From Tubiluchus corallicola (lineage: Eukaryota > Animalia > Priapulida), in contig JAQGDQ010000194.1 of NCBI GenBank assembly GCA_030141605.1, forward strand, positions 346,812 through 410,811: 64,000 bases of DNA, read 5' to 3'. Below, piece after piece: positions 24,780 to 37,420 of this stretch; the first letter of the stretch is position 1; each line of letters begins with the position of its first letter. The notes beneath the pieces are model-generated. The model had not been told where the DNA came from and searched no databases. It saw only the letters and a program-made list of their open reading frames with translations. The position numbers and the translations under genes were made by a program.

Positions 24780-26000
24780 TTGGAACATTTTGGATTTTTG
24801 AAGAATTACAGGTACATGTTGTTAAAATTTGAAGTAATTCAGCAGCTTAAGCAACAACCCAGTGATAGCTATCACGTAGGTTTGCCTTGGAAGTCAGGCA
24901 TTAAGCAACAGCTGAGGAATCATCGAAAGTTATGTGAAAAATGGTTAAATAATCTCCTCCTTTGAGCTTTGCAGAGTATAACTTCGAAATTCAAAATTTG
25001 GTGAGGAATGGATATGCTGACCTGGCCCCATCTGCCAATTCTGGTTCAGTCATTTCTTATCTGCTTCATCAATGTGTAGAGCAACAAACTTCTATTACAA
25101 GTAGGCTTCGCAATGTTCATAATGCTTCGCCTCACACACCTGGCACCTTGTTTTTCAATGTGTTGAGAAAGATATATGTCTTCTGCCAGTGATGTTGGAA
25201 GCAGTTCCGTATTGGTGAAGTTGTCTCGTTCAAGACATTTGGAACGGTAGGAGGGGATGAGACGAATGTCTTTTTCTGGAAGAAATTGTTAGATTGTTAT
25301 GTATAATTACTGATTTGAAAGTGCAGAAGCTATGACGGCACATAACTGGCTGGAATTTTCAGACACACTGTTTAGGCAAAAATGCATCTTTGTTGATGCA
25401 TCTAGTGAGGCATATTTACGTTTGCAATGAAGGGAACAAGAATTCAATGTTAATCTTGTTGAATTGCAAAGCTGGGAACTGTGACGGAACAGCCCATCAT
25501 TTCTTGGCAGACCAGACATAGAGTGGTTCACATCAGATACAGACATACAATAGAGGAGATTCAACTGTGTTCGCTGTCCATGTGTGTAGCCACAACGAGA
25601 AGTTTTGCATGGATCTTTAGACGGCAATTAATTTATTTTGGTACCTTTTTCCTGGAGGAAGTGTCAGCTGCAAAAACACATGTCCTTAATCAAGTTCAAG
25701 CATTCCATTTTGCACAGGAACGTACTGTACTTCACCATGGCCAAACTACATCGAGGTCTTCCCCTTCCATTAACTATAAATCTTTTCTTGATGACAAAGA
25801 ACTCATTCATATGGGTGGTGCACTTCAAGAAGCTTCTGTATCATGGAAGGACAAACAACCAGGTTTGCTGAAAGGTACGGTGTCATTGACTATTCTGTGC
25901 AATATTACCATGACAAATGTAATCTTGCAGGAACGTCTATAATTATGACGTCTCTAAGAAAAGACGAGTTGTGGATTTTGAGGGCCGAACAGTCTATATC
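24780..26000 (+). mobile_element. Heavily deleted BEL/Pao pol remnant
   Basis: SYHVGLPWK, EYNFEIQNLVRNGYA..YLLH..RLRNVHNAS (RT), FVDASSEAY (RNase H), QVQAFHFAQE..FLDDKELIHMGGAL (pre-integrase). Confidence 0.75.
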
Positions 26001-26479
26001 CCCTGTAGGGCCTCCACACTATACCACACATTGAAATATTGACTGAATATTTGATATGGAGATAGATCCTATTATTGCAAACCAAATTTGGAATATGTTG
26101 TCCACAACAAAATCTGACCAGGTGTATTCTCCTTTATGCAGTCCAGATTTGTGTACCATTTCAATATACCAATAGAAATTGACAGGTGAAAACTACCCAA
26201 GAATTTTGTGCAGTATAGTGACAGATTTGTGATTTCTCCATGACTGAAAACGTGTGATTATATTTCACATTTTCGATCATTTTTTCTATATTGTGATTAT
26301 ATTTGTCATTTCTTAATTAATATTGTGTATTTTAGTTTCCAATCTATAAAATTACCACTATTCCAGTTATTCCCCATAGTGATTATTATTTAAATTTGAT
26401 CACATTCAGAAATATTTGTTTTTTTGTGAATGAAAATTTAATCTTGAAAAATCCAGCTCATTGAAGTGAAGCAATGAGT

Positions 26480-28100
26480 CGGGATTATCGCAAAGGCGAT
26501 AAATTAAAGCTCAATTAGCAGCAGTTATAGCAGAGTCCTTTGCATTCAAGGCAGAAAGGCACCATAAAATTGAAGCACCTTAACGAGAAGCTAAGCTTAA
26601 AGACAAATGTGAACATTGAACGTAAAGCGGAACAAGCTAAATTTAAAGCTGACGAAGATACAAAATTTACAGCAGAAATTAAAGCCGACGTAAAAATGGC
26701 AGAACTCTGTGTTTTTGAGGAAGGGGATGGAGAGAATACTTTAGCCCCCCCCCTGCTTTAGATGCAAATACAATAAATTTGCACACCATAAATGAGAATG
26801 TGAAAAATGTAGAATCTCTGACTAAAGAAATTCAGACGACGAACCAATGTCCATCAGTATGGCAGAAAAGTGCCGTATGCTGCACAGCGGTGGTGCAGGC
26901 CCACAGGGATTGAATCCTATATTTATGAGAGACGAGTATAGTCAACTATTTGCCTTAATATGCCGCACCCGTATATCCAGGGTTATCTAGTATACCCATA
27001 AAACACGTATCTAATACTGTACCAACCAGCGGTCAGAATTGCCGGCGGATAACTGCTTCAATACCACATGAAACAGAACTGGCCAGAGCAGAAGGCACGA
27101 ATGTGTTTCAAACAGGAATTTCATGTTTAAATATAGGCGCATCAAATTTCATGCCGTATCAATCGCCCATACAACCAATGTGGCAAAACATTTTCTCGTT
27201 TGCGGCACAAATTTAATGCAGACTTAAATAACCTTATCTCAGCTCCTAGCAGTTAGTGGATTGCCACCACTGGAGCCTGGTGTTTTCAAGAGAGATCCTA
27301 TGGAGTATTGCAAATGGATGATTGCTTTAAGTGCATTAATGGCTGATCAACCTATACCACAAATTACAAAGAGTCACAAATTACATTATCTCTGAGTCAG
27401 TATTTGGAAGGTAGTGCTAAAAAAGCAGTAGAAAGTTTGTTGTTCTTGGCTGCACAAAATGCGTATATGGAAACACGATTCTTAGATGAAAAGTTTGGTG
27501 ATCAGGCTAGAATTGCAGATGTGTTTCATAGTAAATTGGATTTATTTCCGAAGGTTCTTTCAAAGGATGCTAAGACTTTTCCAGAGCATGAAAGCACTAA
27601 GTGGCCTTGAAATTTTAAATGATTACACTGTAAATAGGAAGCTGTGTTCAAAGGTGCCTGAACACGTCTAAACATTGGGCTCGATATGTTGAGACCACAT
27701 GTAGTGAGAAACATCCAGGTAGCTTCCCCACCTTTGATTACCAAGTTTGTAAGAAGAGAAGAAAACACAGAAAATGAACCTAGAACTGCTCTGTACACAT
27801 GTACTGTTACACCATCTAGGTAGCATGAGCCTAGAGTGAGATTTAGGGGTGTTGCACATTCGGAAAATACTAACAAGAGAAAGTGTTCTTGCTTAAGGTG
27901 TTCTTCCACTAAGTGTGGGTTGTATCAGTGTAAGAAATTCCAGAGTGAATCTTGTGAAAAGTGCAATGACTTCATAAAATCCAATTTATGTTTTGGTTGT
28001 TTGCGTAAGGGGCATTGTGTCGTTGAATGTCGTAATAGTGGAATGTCAGAAGTGATGTGACATATGCTTAAATAAGACACATCCTACTGTCTAATTCTAA
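26480..28100 (+). mobile_element. BEL/Pao gag remnant
   Basis: LPPLEPGVFKRDPMEYCKW, KLHYL.QYLEGSAKKAVESL (DUF1759-like), and zinc knuckles CLRCSS..CKKF and LCFGCLRKGH..ECR. Confidence 0.8.
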
Positions 28101-30409
28101 ACCAGATGAGTGGCCTTCGAAAGAAAAATCCAGTAATGAGCCGGTTCTGGTAACAGGTCATAGCTTCTGTATACAAGTTAAAGCTGTAAGAATCCTTTCT
28201 CCTAAAGAAGTACAATCTATCTATTGGTTTAAAGACTAAAGCAATTGTTAGTAAGACTGACAAGTAGAGAATAAGTTTCAGCCTTTGTTAGTTAAAGAAT
28301 CTTCTCCTAAGAAGCAGTTAGTTATTGATTATGTAAAAGAAAGTGTCTCTGAAGCCACACAGGCAACGACAGAGAGTAAAAGATCATCAATAGAAACACT
28401 TCCTGCATTGGATAGATATTCTGAAAGATGTAGTTCTATGAAACCTCTAAGGTATGTGCGTTCTGAGCCTCAGGTAGTGCCTGAACTGAATTGTACTAAT
28501 TCTCCTCTTGTGATTTTTCTGCCCAAAGATAACATGGTTGTTGATTCAGAAGCTAAAGAGCTTAGAAACAGTGATTTTGAAATGCTTCAAACAAAAATTG
28601 AGAAATCAATAGCTAATAAACACCCAAGGGTGATAGTTGCAGTAAAGAGAAAAGTAAGAGTAAGAGAAGAAAGTGGAAAATTAAAATTATAAGTACTAAG
28701 AAAGACACTAAATGTCCATTGGTAACTTTGCACATCATCTTAACACACTAAAAACAACTCGTCTAAGGCCAATAGACCCACAGTAGTTACAGTAACTTAG
28801 AAGGTAGCAAAAAGTATGAATGGCAAGGATTTTCCACTTGTGTTGGCATTTCCAATAGTACAGTTTTCATACACATTTCAACACTTTAGACTAGTATACA
28901 ATTAATTAAACCTTGCAATAATACAAACAATTGCATACTTTGTACAATAAACGACACTGTGTCAACAGAGAAAAGGGAAGAAAAATGGAAACTATCATTA
29001 GCAATTTAAATAATTAAATCAGTGACTAAATGAATATTGAGCAAACATACATTATGATAAAGTCATATCAAAACAAAAAATACAATATCATAAGTTACGA
29101 ATATATACATCAGTATCAATACTGTACTTGAAAACTCAAATGTATAATACATAGTCAAACATTGTTGCAAATTGCAAATATCATAAACTGACTTCCTGCA
29201 AAACAAAGGCACATAATTGCTCTGTCAATTGAAATTAAAGATACATCAAACAATTATGACAAGTCTAGAACAAATTAAAATAAATTGGCAAAATAAACCA
29301 ATCCAACTGACTGGATTAAAAAAAATTATGCATCAAACTTTTGTAAATTGACACTAGGAAACCGACATTAATTACAAAAACTACATTTAGTATGTAGAAA
29401 CCAACTAACAATCGTGTAATCAACTTACAAAACACATAGTTACAATGTAAGAAAAATTAGTAAAAATTGAGGGTGGGGATCAACCGTGCTTTGGGTTACT
29501 ACGAGTGCCATTTCCTAAAAAAAGAAAGCTATTATTGTCGAATCTCAACCATCCCTTCGAAATTAATAGAAATTTAATAGTAATACTAATGTGCAATAAT
29601 AGATAGGTCAAGTATAACTTAGTGTTGTATTATTCTGGACGCTGACGTACAACGAGAGGACATAACCATACAGCATGTGGTAAGTAATCACACTCCCAGT
29701 ACATTAGTAAATACTTAAACGCTATCATTATCAGTCAGGTTTCTGATAATTTCTCTTGGGTTGACAGCTGATTCTCGTTTAGGTAAGAGACATTTGATGA
29801 GTGTTGGTGGCTTGCAAGCAAGAAGCTGTTTGGGTGATGGGATGAAAGTGAAGCAAGGGTCTTTGCAATGAGATCCCATTGGCTAGTACAACTTCAGCAC
29901 CTTGTGCTGCCCCAACACTGGTACGCAACAACCGAGAAATTCGACCCAATTTCCATCTCCTCCGTTTTCAAAATTGTTTAACTTGCCTCTGAATACTTTT
30001 CCATTTCTCAATTAATTTTTTATTGTAGCTTAAAAATGTGGGTCATTGCAATCAAGGCCTCGGACGCCAGGTGGACAATGTCCAATTAACATGAGAAAGG
30101 AGTTTCTAACGTTGCTTTTAACGTTGATGAGTCAACATAATAGAGAGCTCTATGCAGAATCTCTTCTAGTGCAGTTATCAGTGTAATTTAGTTGGGTCTC
30201 AGCCACAAAAACACGTGCAGTCCCTATCACCTTCATGCAAGCCCACATTTAACAATCCCTTATCTATGTGCGCATTCAGTACCGTATGAAACAACATAAA
30301 GCATAACAGTATACCCAATAAATGCGGTAGGATGATGAGCCCATGGTCCAAATTTTATTTAACGATGGGTTACTGACTGTATTAGCAGGTCAGTCATACG
30401 CAGTCCTTA

Positions 30410-31400
30410 CTTGACACCACACCACACACACATGCAACTCACACCACGCCACCCACACCACACGTATGTCATACCACTCTCAGTAAACCACATCACACAG
30501 TGATCATAATTATGATGATGATGATGATGACGACAACGATTACACCCTCTACACTACCAATAACACATGAGCATAATAAAACCAAAAAAACATTATACAC
30601 AAAGTTGAAATCATGTGCTATAACTAATGCTATTACATCCATCCACCAATGATCAATAATGCACAGACATTCTACATGGTTCTTGTTTACTGCTTCCCAG
30701 AGGATAAAAGGCTTACAGATGCAAATTACATGTACAATCTGTAACACAGAAGAATAGCAGGTGCTAATAAAGCCTGGAACAACTTCATAATTTTACAAAA
30801 AGAACTTCTAAACACACACTTCCAATTTTGATTAGTAAAAGTCTCTCCTAGTGAAACATTCACACCTTACAGACCATTTCCTCGTCTTTCTGGAAGTACA
30901 CTTGTTTTTTACAATTTGGAAAAACAACATGTTGCACATATCAAGTTTTTTTCTGTAGATTGTTCATGTGGTTTTGAGCAAAATTTGGGTAAACTGGTCT
31001 GGGAAAAGCCTATTGCAGGAAACCGTGGCCCAGGAGCGAATTATAAACATGCCTAATAAACCCATCGTTGAATGCACTATTCGACCATTACCAAGCACAA
31101 CTCCTAAAGCGTTTCCATACGCTAGAAATCAGGGGAGTATAAGTTATGCAAAAAACAGACAAAAAGGGCCATTTTTGGAGGTTTCCTGGGCCCACATTCC
31201 CTAGGTGGGGCTAATTAAAATATACCGATCACCAAAAATGGTGCCATCATTGGATCATATACATACGTACAGCAAGTCCTCACATAATGTGTTCCAGCAA
31301 AATTAAGCGAGACGTTGTTAAATGAAGCCAAGACTTCCAAAGAAGGTAATGTAAAATAGATATACGTTCTGGAGACACATACAAATATATATGACGTCAT
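30410..31400 (+). repeat. Second copy of the composite repeat at 12090-13330, in inverted orientation
   Basis: CACCA block and GAT run, followed by the ctagaaat..tataagtt.tgc.aaa...ttttggaggttt core. Confidence 0.5.
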
Positions 31401-31699
31401 ATACCACCAACATTAATTATTAGATATGGTTTACAGTAACAATGTTGAAAATAAAAATAACGTAAGTGAAGGCAATAGACTGCGCACATGTCAGTGGCAC
31501 ATGCTGTATTTTATATTTTATTAGAGTCTAATGTTTACATTTTGTGCTTTATCAAATACACGCGCCTAACACCTGCCACCTTGTAATTATATATAATAAT
31601 CCTTATTAGTACTTTTATGAATGCATTGACAAACACAAACCACACAAATGCATGTTTTCCATTGATTTTAGAATAGTTCTTTTGCTGTTGTCCACCCAT

Positions 31700-33960
31700 C
31701 CACATCGATATAATGCACTCTGAAGTTTGCTCCTCTTCTCCACAAATACATAATGGGCTGTCTGCTATACCAACCTGGTGCATATGCTTTTTAAAGTTCC
31801 CGTACAGTAAGGAATGTAGTTGTGGTTGATTCTACATTCCCCTTGTTTTTTCTTTACGGAGGATCTAGTGATGTAAGTCTGGGAAAATATTTAGTATTTA
31901 TTCTTTGTACTGGTAACTCACTTCCTTAAATTTGTAAATTTTTACTCAATCTAGTTGTCCAAATTTGCTCATTATCTCCTCATGTACTTAGGAACATCAT
32001 TCACCGTTTCGTACCGCATATAGCACACGTATCTGATCAATCTGTTTAGATTGACCAGATGACAACTGATAAAATGTCTACATTCTTACATGTGACTAGA
32101 CTGTCAGTTTTCCATTTTAAGAACATTTTTCCTGAGCAATTCGCCCTCACTGTTTTTTTTTTGTAGTACTTTTAGCAGAAATTGCGCCGATATTGAATCG
32201 GCTAATATGTCTAGAGGTGGAAGTGCACACATCAATTCGTGCTTATTTCTAGCTGGATGATAACTGCATCCAGGAGCAGTCTTCACAGCATCGCATATAA
32301 TGTCCCCGAAAGACTTGAATATCCCATACATCCAGGCTGTTCAAGCATATAATATAATTGGCAGCACAGTAGCCTGAAGTAAGCTAATTATTACTGACAT
32401 TCTTAACCCAATGTATTTTCAGGGACCAGCACATGTATTTTTTTATTTAGTTGTTGACTGTTACACCTAAAATTTTACTAGATTTGATGTACAAAACCTT
32501 GTCTGATCCTATGGCTAGCTTGCTTGGTTGAGGTAAGTTTTCCCAAGAACCAATCAGTAATACCTCGACTTATATGGCCGAGTGTCTATTTTGAGGCATC
32601 ACTTTTTACAACATTCACTTAATCTGTGACTGTGTGACTGAGCCATTTCCAAACAGCTTTTTGAGGACTTAAATGCCACACTGATGTTGTGTGGTACTTT
32701 TACATCATCCCATTATCAGCACATTTACATGTATTGACCTCACTTAGTAGGTTACCCAACATATCTGCCACGTACAAGAATTGTATTGAGCCCTATGGCA
32801 ACACAATTTTACAGCTGTGCTCTTGTTAAGTAAACTCATCCACTCTGATAACAACTTTTCTACTGTGCAGGATAATCACTATTAAATGTAACAAAGGCCG
32901 TCTTGTGCTAGCTTCTAACAGTTTACATAGAACGCCAATTGTCCATATGGTGTCGAAAGCTTTTTCAATGTCACATCACATAACTAAATTAACATTGTTC
33001 GTTATGGTATCTTCTTGAACATCTGAAACCAGCTTTACTGGGCATCTTATGGTGTTTCTCTTAGCAACCCTTCATGTTATTTTCAATTATGTTTCATAGA
33101 GTAAAATGATTGCGCAGCATTGATGTCATTCTTTGCACTAGTTTCCTTATGTCTGAAGAGATTGTAATGGCCTGTAGTTACTTGGATTGGAATGCTGGGA
33201 CCACTTTTGATTGTATACAAATTCAAGTCTCAGTTGTAAACATGAATTTGCAATTTGAAGTTTGACAGTTGTGGCAAATGGGCCAAAACTTTTAATCATT
33301 TTCTGGTATATTCCATCATTGTCACAAGATTTGCCATTGGGTTTAACTTCCTTCAATGCAGTCCTCAACTGGTCCAAGCTAAATGGTACATTAATATAAT
33401 ATGACTAGGTTGATTCCAGGTTTGTTACAGTGCAGTCTCAACTTTCCACCTTGGATCAAAATTTAAACCAGTCAGGTGGCTGCCATCAAAAAATGTATTG
33501 TAGAAGATATCTGCTTTTTCTTTGTCGGATATTATTAACACATCAACCTTGTTGTCATTTTGCTGACCAAAAACATTTTTATGTCTTCCTGAAAATTGCA
33601 CTTTGTTTAGTGCTTCTGTGTTATTGCATAATAATCCGCAGCAGCATTGATTTCCTGGTTAAACCTTTCCTTGGTTTTTTGTATGCTAGATTGTTTAAAT
33701 CAGAACATTTGTTACAGGTCTTTCAGCATTCTTTCACTGCATTAGATAAAGTAGTTAATTTTGGTGTTCAGAAAGGCTTACTAAGGGTACATATAACTTT
33801 CATTTTCAAGTTCGTTCTATCATTTCCCGCAGTGATCGATCGTGTCTCTGAACCATGTCCACATAGCAGTGACATTACCAGTAATCTTAAGCTGGCAAAA
33901 ATACTTGTAACTTTGTATCAAAACTGTGACCAAATCATCCAATCACTATCTTTTATATAA
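31700..33960 (-). mobile_element. Degenerate non-LTR retrotransposon (LINE) ORF2 remnant
   Basis: PFSLDQLRTALKEVK..KSCDNDGI, PSNYRPL, DIEKAFDTIW, LMCALPPLDI and C-terminal HQVGIADSPLCICGEEEQT; many stops. Confidence 0.8.
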
Positions 33961-34379
33961 CACACTTTCAATTTCGAACCATTTTGTTGTATGTTGTACG
34001 TACGCAAGATTTTAAATGCAGAAATCACAGGAAAGTGGCCCATTCCAGAAACACCCATTAAAAAGTTCAATTTCATTGTGTTACAGCTGCATATTAGGTT
34101 ACTGCACAATGGTTTTTGTTATATTATGGCAAAGAAAACTTCTGGAATTATAATCTGCTGCTGCTGCTACTATACCTGTAACAAAACCGCCCAGCAATTT
34201 ATTAAGACCACTTATTGCTGGTCTGAAAGTGGTTTTATGAAGCGGCAGCTACTGTAATGTGAGTTTAATTTTCATTAAAATTGAGTTAGTTGCAATGCTG
34301 ATAAACCCACTGCATTTAATGATCACTGACTTTATTCATATACATAGGCTGAAGTACTAAAATTGACTTAGATGCTGCT

Positions 34380-34770
34380 CTGTATCCCACCTGCTAATTG
34401 GCTCAGGTACTGTGCAATTTGTTTTCTTTTGCTGTGCGCAGCTACCCGCTCTGAGCTCTTCCATTTCACGTTAACATCCGACTGTCGCGTGTGCGTAGTT
34501 TTCGTATTAGTAAAATTACGTATCTGGGTTTAAGAGTTTAAATATTTTTATGAACATTTCAGTAAAGTTTTTTAAAAGGTACGTGTACAGTATAACAAAC
34601 GTTATTAAGGGAATGGGAAAGGGTTATGTATAAGAGTGTGGGAAGGGTTTATAAAGACTTAAAACAATGTATAACTGCTAAAATAAGTATAGCGTCCCTA
34701 CTTCGCGGAAATTCACTTATCGCTGGTGGTCCTGGAATGGAACACCTGCAATAAGTGAGGGAACACTGTA
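34380..34770. mobile_element. pogo/Tigger-like (Tc1-mariner) MITE fragment
   Basis: Right end cctacttcgcggaaattcacttatcgc...ataagtgagggaacactg|TA is typical of this class; left end not resolved. Confidence 0.5.
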
Positions 34771-35041
34771 CACCTTAATTCAATTAAAATTCATCGAAAC
34801 CTAAAATTACTCGATTAACCTAATATCGATTCAGCGGACCTAAAAAGAAATTTCTATAAATAGAAATTAAATAGTGCAGCTGGGAGAAATACTGACCATA
34901 AATAATGTCAATGACAAATAAATGTTACTTTATTTCTTATCTATAAATGGTTCTTTATATAACAGTTTTTAAATAATTCTGAATGGCGCCAACAAAACAG
35001 CTAGTATTCCACAAAAATTTGATATTAATAAACGACCATAC

Positions 35042-35166
35042 CTCACATGGTGAAGGTTTGCATTCACATGTTGGACACCCAGATAAGCTATCGGCAACAT
35101 AACCATGTTTACATTTGCGTTTACAATCCTTCGGATCATTCGGATCAAAAAAACATTTCAGCGTAA
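35042..35166 (-). CDS. Exon 3: antistasin-like domain, module 1
   Basis: ttcatag|TT...TGTGAG|gtatgg; 125 nt, phase 1 to 0; TLKCFFDPNDPKDCKRKCKHGYVADSLSGCPTCECKPSPCE. Confidence 0.9.
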
Positions 35167-35304
35167 CTATGAAAAAGTTAAAATCACATGCTTATATTTC
35201 AAGATGCCACTGAAACAAATATGTAAAAGTCTACTTAAAGAATTATTTATGTAATTTGGTAATTAGTAATTTCCATTGCCTCCACCTTAAATTCAATGTT
35301 TTCC

Positions 35305-35369
<65 letters not shown>
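35305..35369. repeat. (AT)n microsatellite
   Basis: Interrupted AT dinucleotide run. Confidence 0.95.
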
Positions 35370-35370
<1 letters not shown>

Positions 35371-36619
35371 CAAAACCTGACACATTTTAGAATCATCTTG
35401 GCACAGTTCAGTTAATAAAGCCAGTGTGCTCTTTAAGACCACATTTATTCAGTAGCAGGCGACAAAAGTACTAGCAAAATGAAAAAGAAAATGTATTTTT
35501 GGCAGTTTGCCTATTTGTTAATATACACAGTCGAAATTTAAAAACGGCTTCCTAGATTCACTTCCTCTTAGTCTAGGTAACACTGAAACATAAAGCCTAC
35601 TGTTTAGTTATAACCACTCCACATGTACAACAGCTAGATTTTAATTTGTTGAGCAAACTTGGATGACTGTCGTATACATGAATGCGAGTTAGCCGACTGT
35701 ACCATGTTTAATTGTCCGCATAACTTTTGTGAATAATGCTTAAATTTACGTCAGGCAAACGGAAGCAGACATTGTTAGATACACAGGGAAGGTAAGAGTT
35801 GTTAGATAAATTGAAAGGCATCAACCCTGTAGCCTGAGTGAAGTGGCTGAAACTTTACGTGTCTCAGAAAAGCTTCCCTTGGTTACAAAAACGAATGACA
35901 AAGCTAAGTGCAACTAAAACCTAACTGTAATTAAAATAAGCCTTTTTATAGTTTCGATGTATGCACATGTAGTTACTGTAAGTCAAAGGTTAAGTGTATG
36001 ACATGTGAGTAAATCAAAGCCATCTACCGCATTAGTTTAGTAACCACAGTTGTTTTGCGTGGACTTAATTATGCATGGATCAGTGTGTAGAGTGATTTAC
36101 TAGCAGGATCCTGCTTGGGAACAAAAAATGAACTAGGCAAGGAGCTGTTAAAACAGTTACTATTACACTAGCATGGGCTTCAAGGCATTGTCAAGTGTAC
36201 ACAAACTGATACACTTAATCTTTGACCTTTTGACTATCATCATCAATCACTGGAACCTCCACAAACAGTGACTAAACAAACATTGTATCATTTGATGTTG
36301 TAAGTTTGCACAACAACAAATGTCTTGATCTGGTACTCAAAGATGTTGACTACCAGCTAACAAATTTTCCCAAGAACACCGTCAGCATTAGATTTACAAA
36401 GCACTTTATTATGGAAGCAGTTGATCATTAAGATAATGTATTAATCAAATTATACACCGAAGCCATATTGATGGAATAATACTTCTATGAAAGCACAAAA
36501 CAGTTAACTGGTTAATCTAAGGCCTGTGTCTGACATTATTCTATCTGACTATTAAAATATTGAACTATATAAAAACATAAAGATGTGTATTCATAATTTC
36601 AGAAACTGATTAATTATGC

Positions 36620-37050
36620 CCATAAGACCTAAATATTGAATTTTCAACATAAAGCTTGAATATATGTTCTGATTTAGCATCTTTTATGCCTGTGCAAAGC
36701 TCATTCCATAGTAGGGGCCAAGTGTATGTTAAATGATGTCTGGCTGTGTTTATTCTGCAGCACTGTGCTTTAAATTCATTCGCCTTAGTACTGTGAAATT
36801 TAACATTTAATTGAACTGGATTATTAAAAAAGACTTGACGAAGTTTATTAATTGTCTTGTACATATAGATGCCGAGGTAATAATTAACTACATGCACTAT
36901 AGCACTATAAACACTAAAAAGTATTTTTAACCTACAACACTCATTTACAATTGCTGTATTACCGCAATGCACATAAGAATTGTATATTACATGCAGGAGT
37001 CTGTCATTCCGTAATGAGTAAAACTATATTAACTACTAAACTATAGTATC
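36620..37050 (-). mobile_element. 3' end remnant of a CR1/L2-group LINE
   Basis: RINTARHHLTYTWPLLWNELCTGIKDAKSEHIFK resembles the conserved ..GP.LWN.LP..IK...S...FK ORF2 terminus. Confidence 0.55.
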
Positions 37051-37189
37051 TATTATATTAAAATATTGCAGTTTCGTGCCTCCTGCCAAAAATCGATTAT
37101 GGCAAAATGCCTTGCTAGTTACAAAAAGCATGTCCGCCTTGATGTACCACGCAGATTACTACATGCACCTTATGGAAGATGGAAGACGC

Positions 37190-37384
37190 TGTAAAACTAT
37201 GTCACGAAGATTTTGCATATTGTGTTTTTCGTTCTGGGGGTGTGTGCCATTTTTCTTGTTCCACGTGTGTGCGACATTTTTGTTTCCGTGGCAAAATTCG
37301 ATTTTATTTGTGATGAACAATTTATAGTTTTAAATAAATCTCTTTGTATCAAATAATTGAAACTTATCCGTGATTGTATTTATA
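37190..37384 (+). repeat. 5' LTR
   Basis: TGTAAAACT...TGTATTTATA; contains AATAAA. Confidence 0.95.
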
Positions 37385-37420
37385 TTTTGGTGCCAAACTG
37401 CCGGGAAAAGAGACCTTTAG

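Noticed and set aside
29740-30200. Possible Penelope-like RT remnant on the minus strand (LLHF.SHHP-like)
   Set aside because: One short frameshifted motif is not enough to call.
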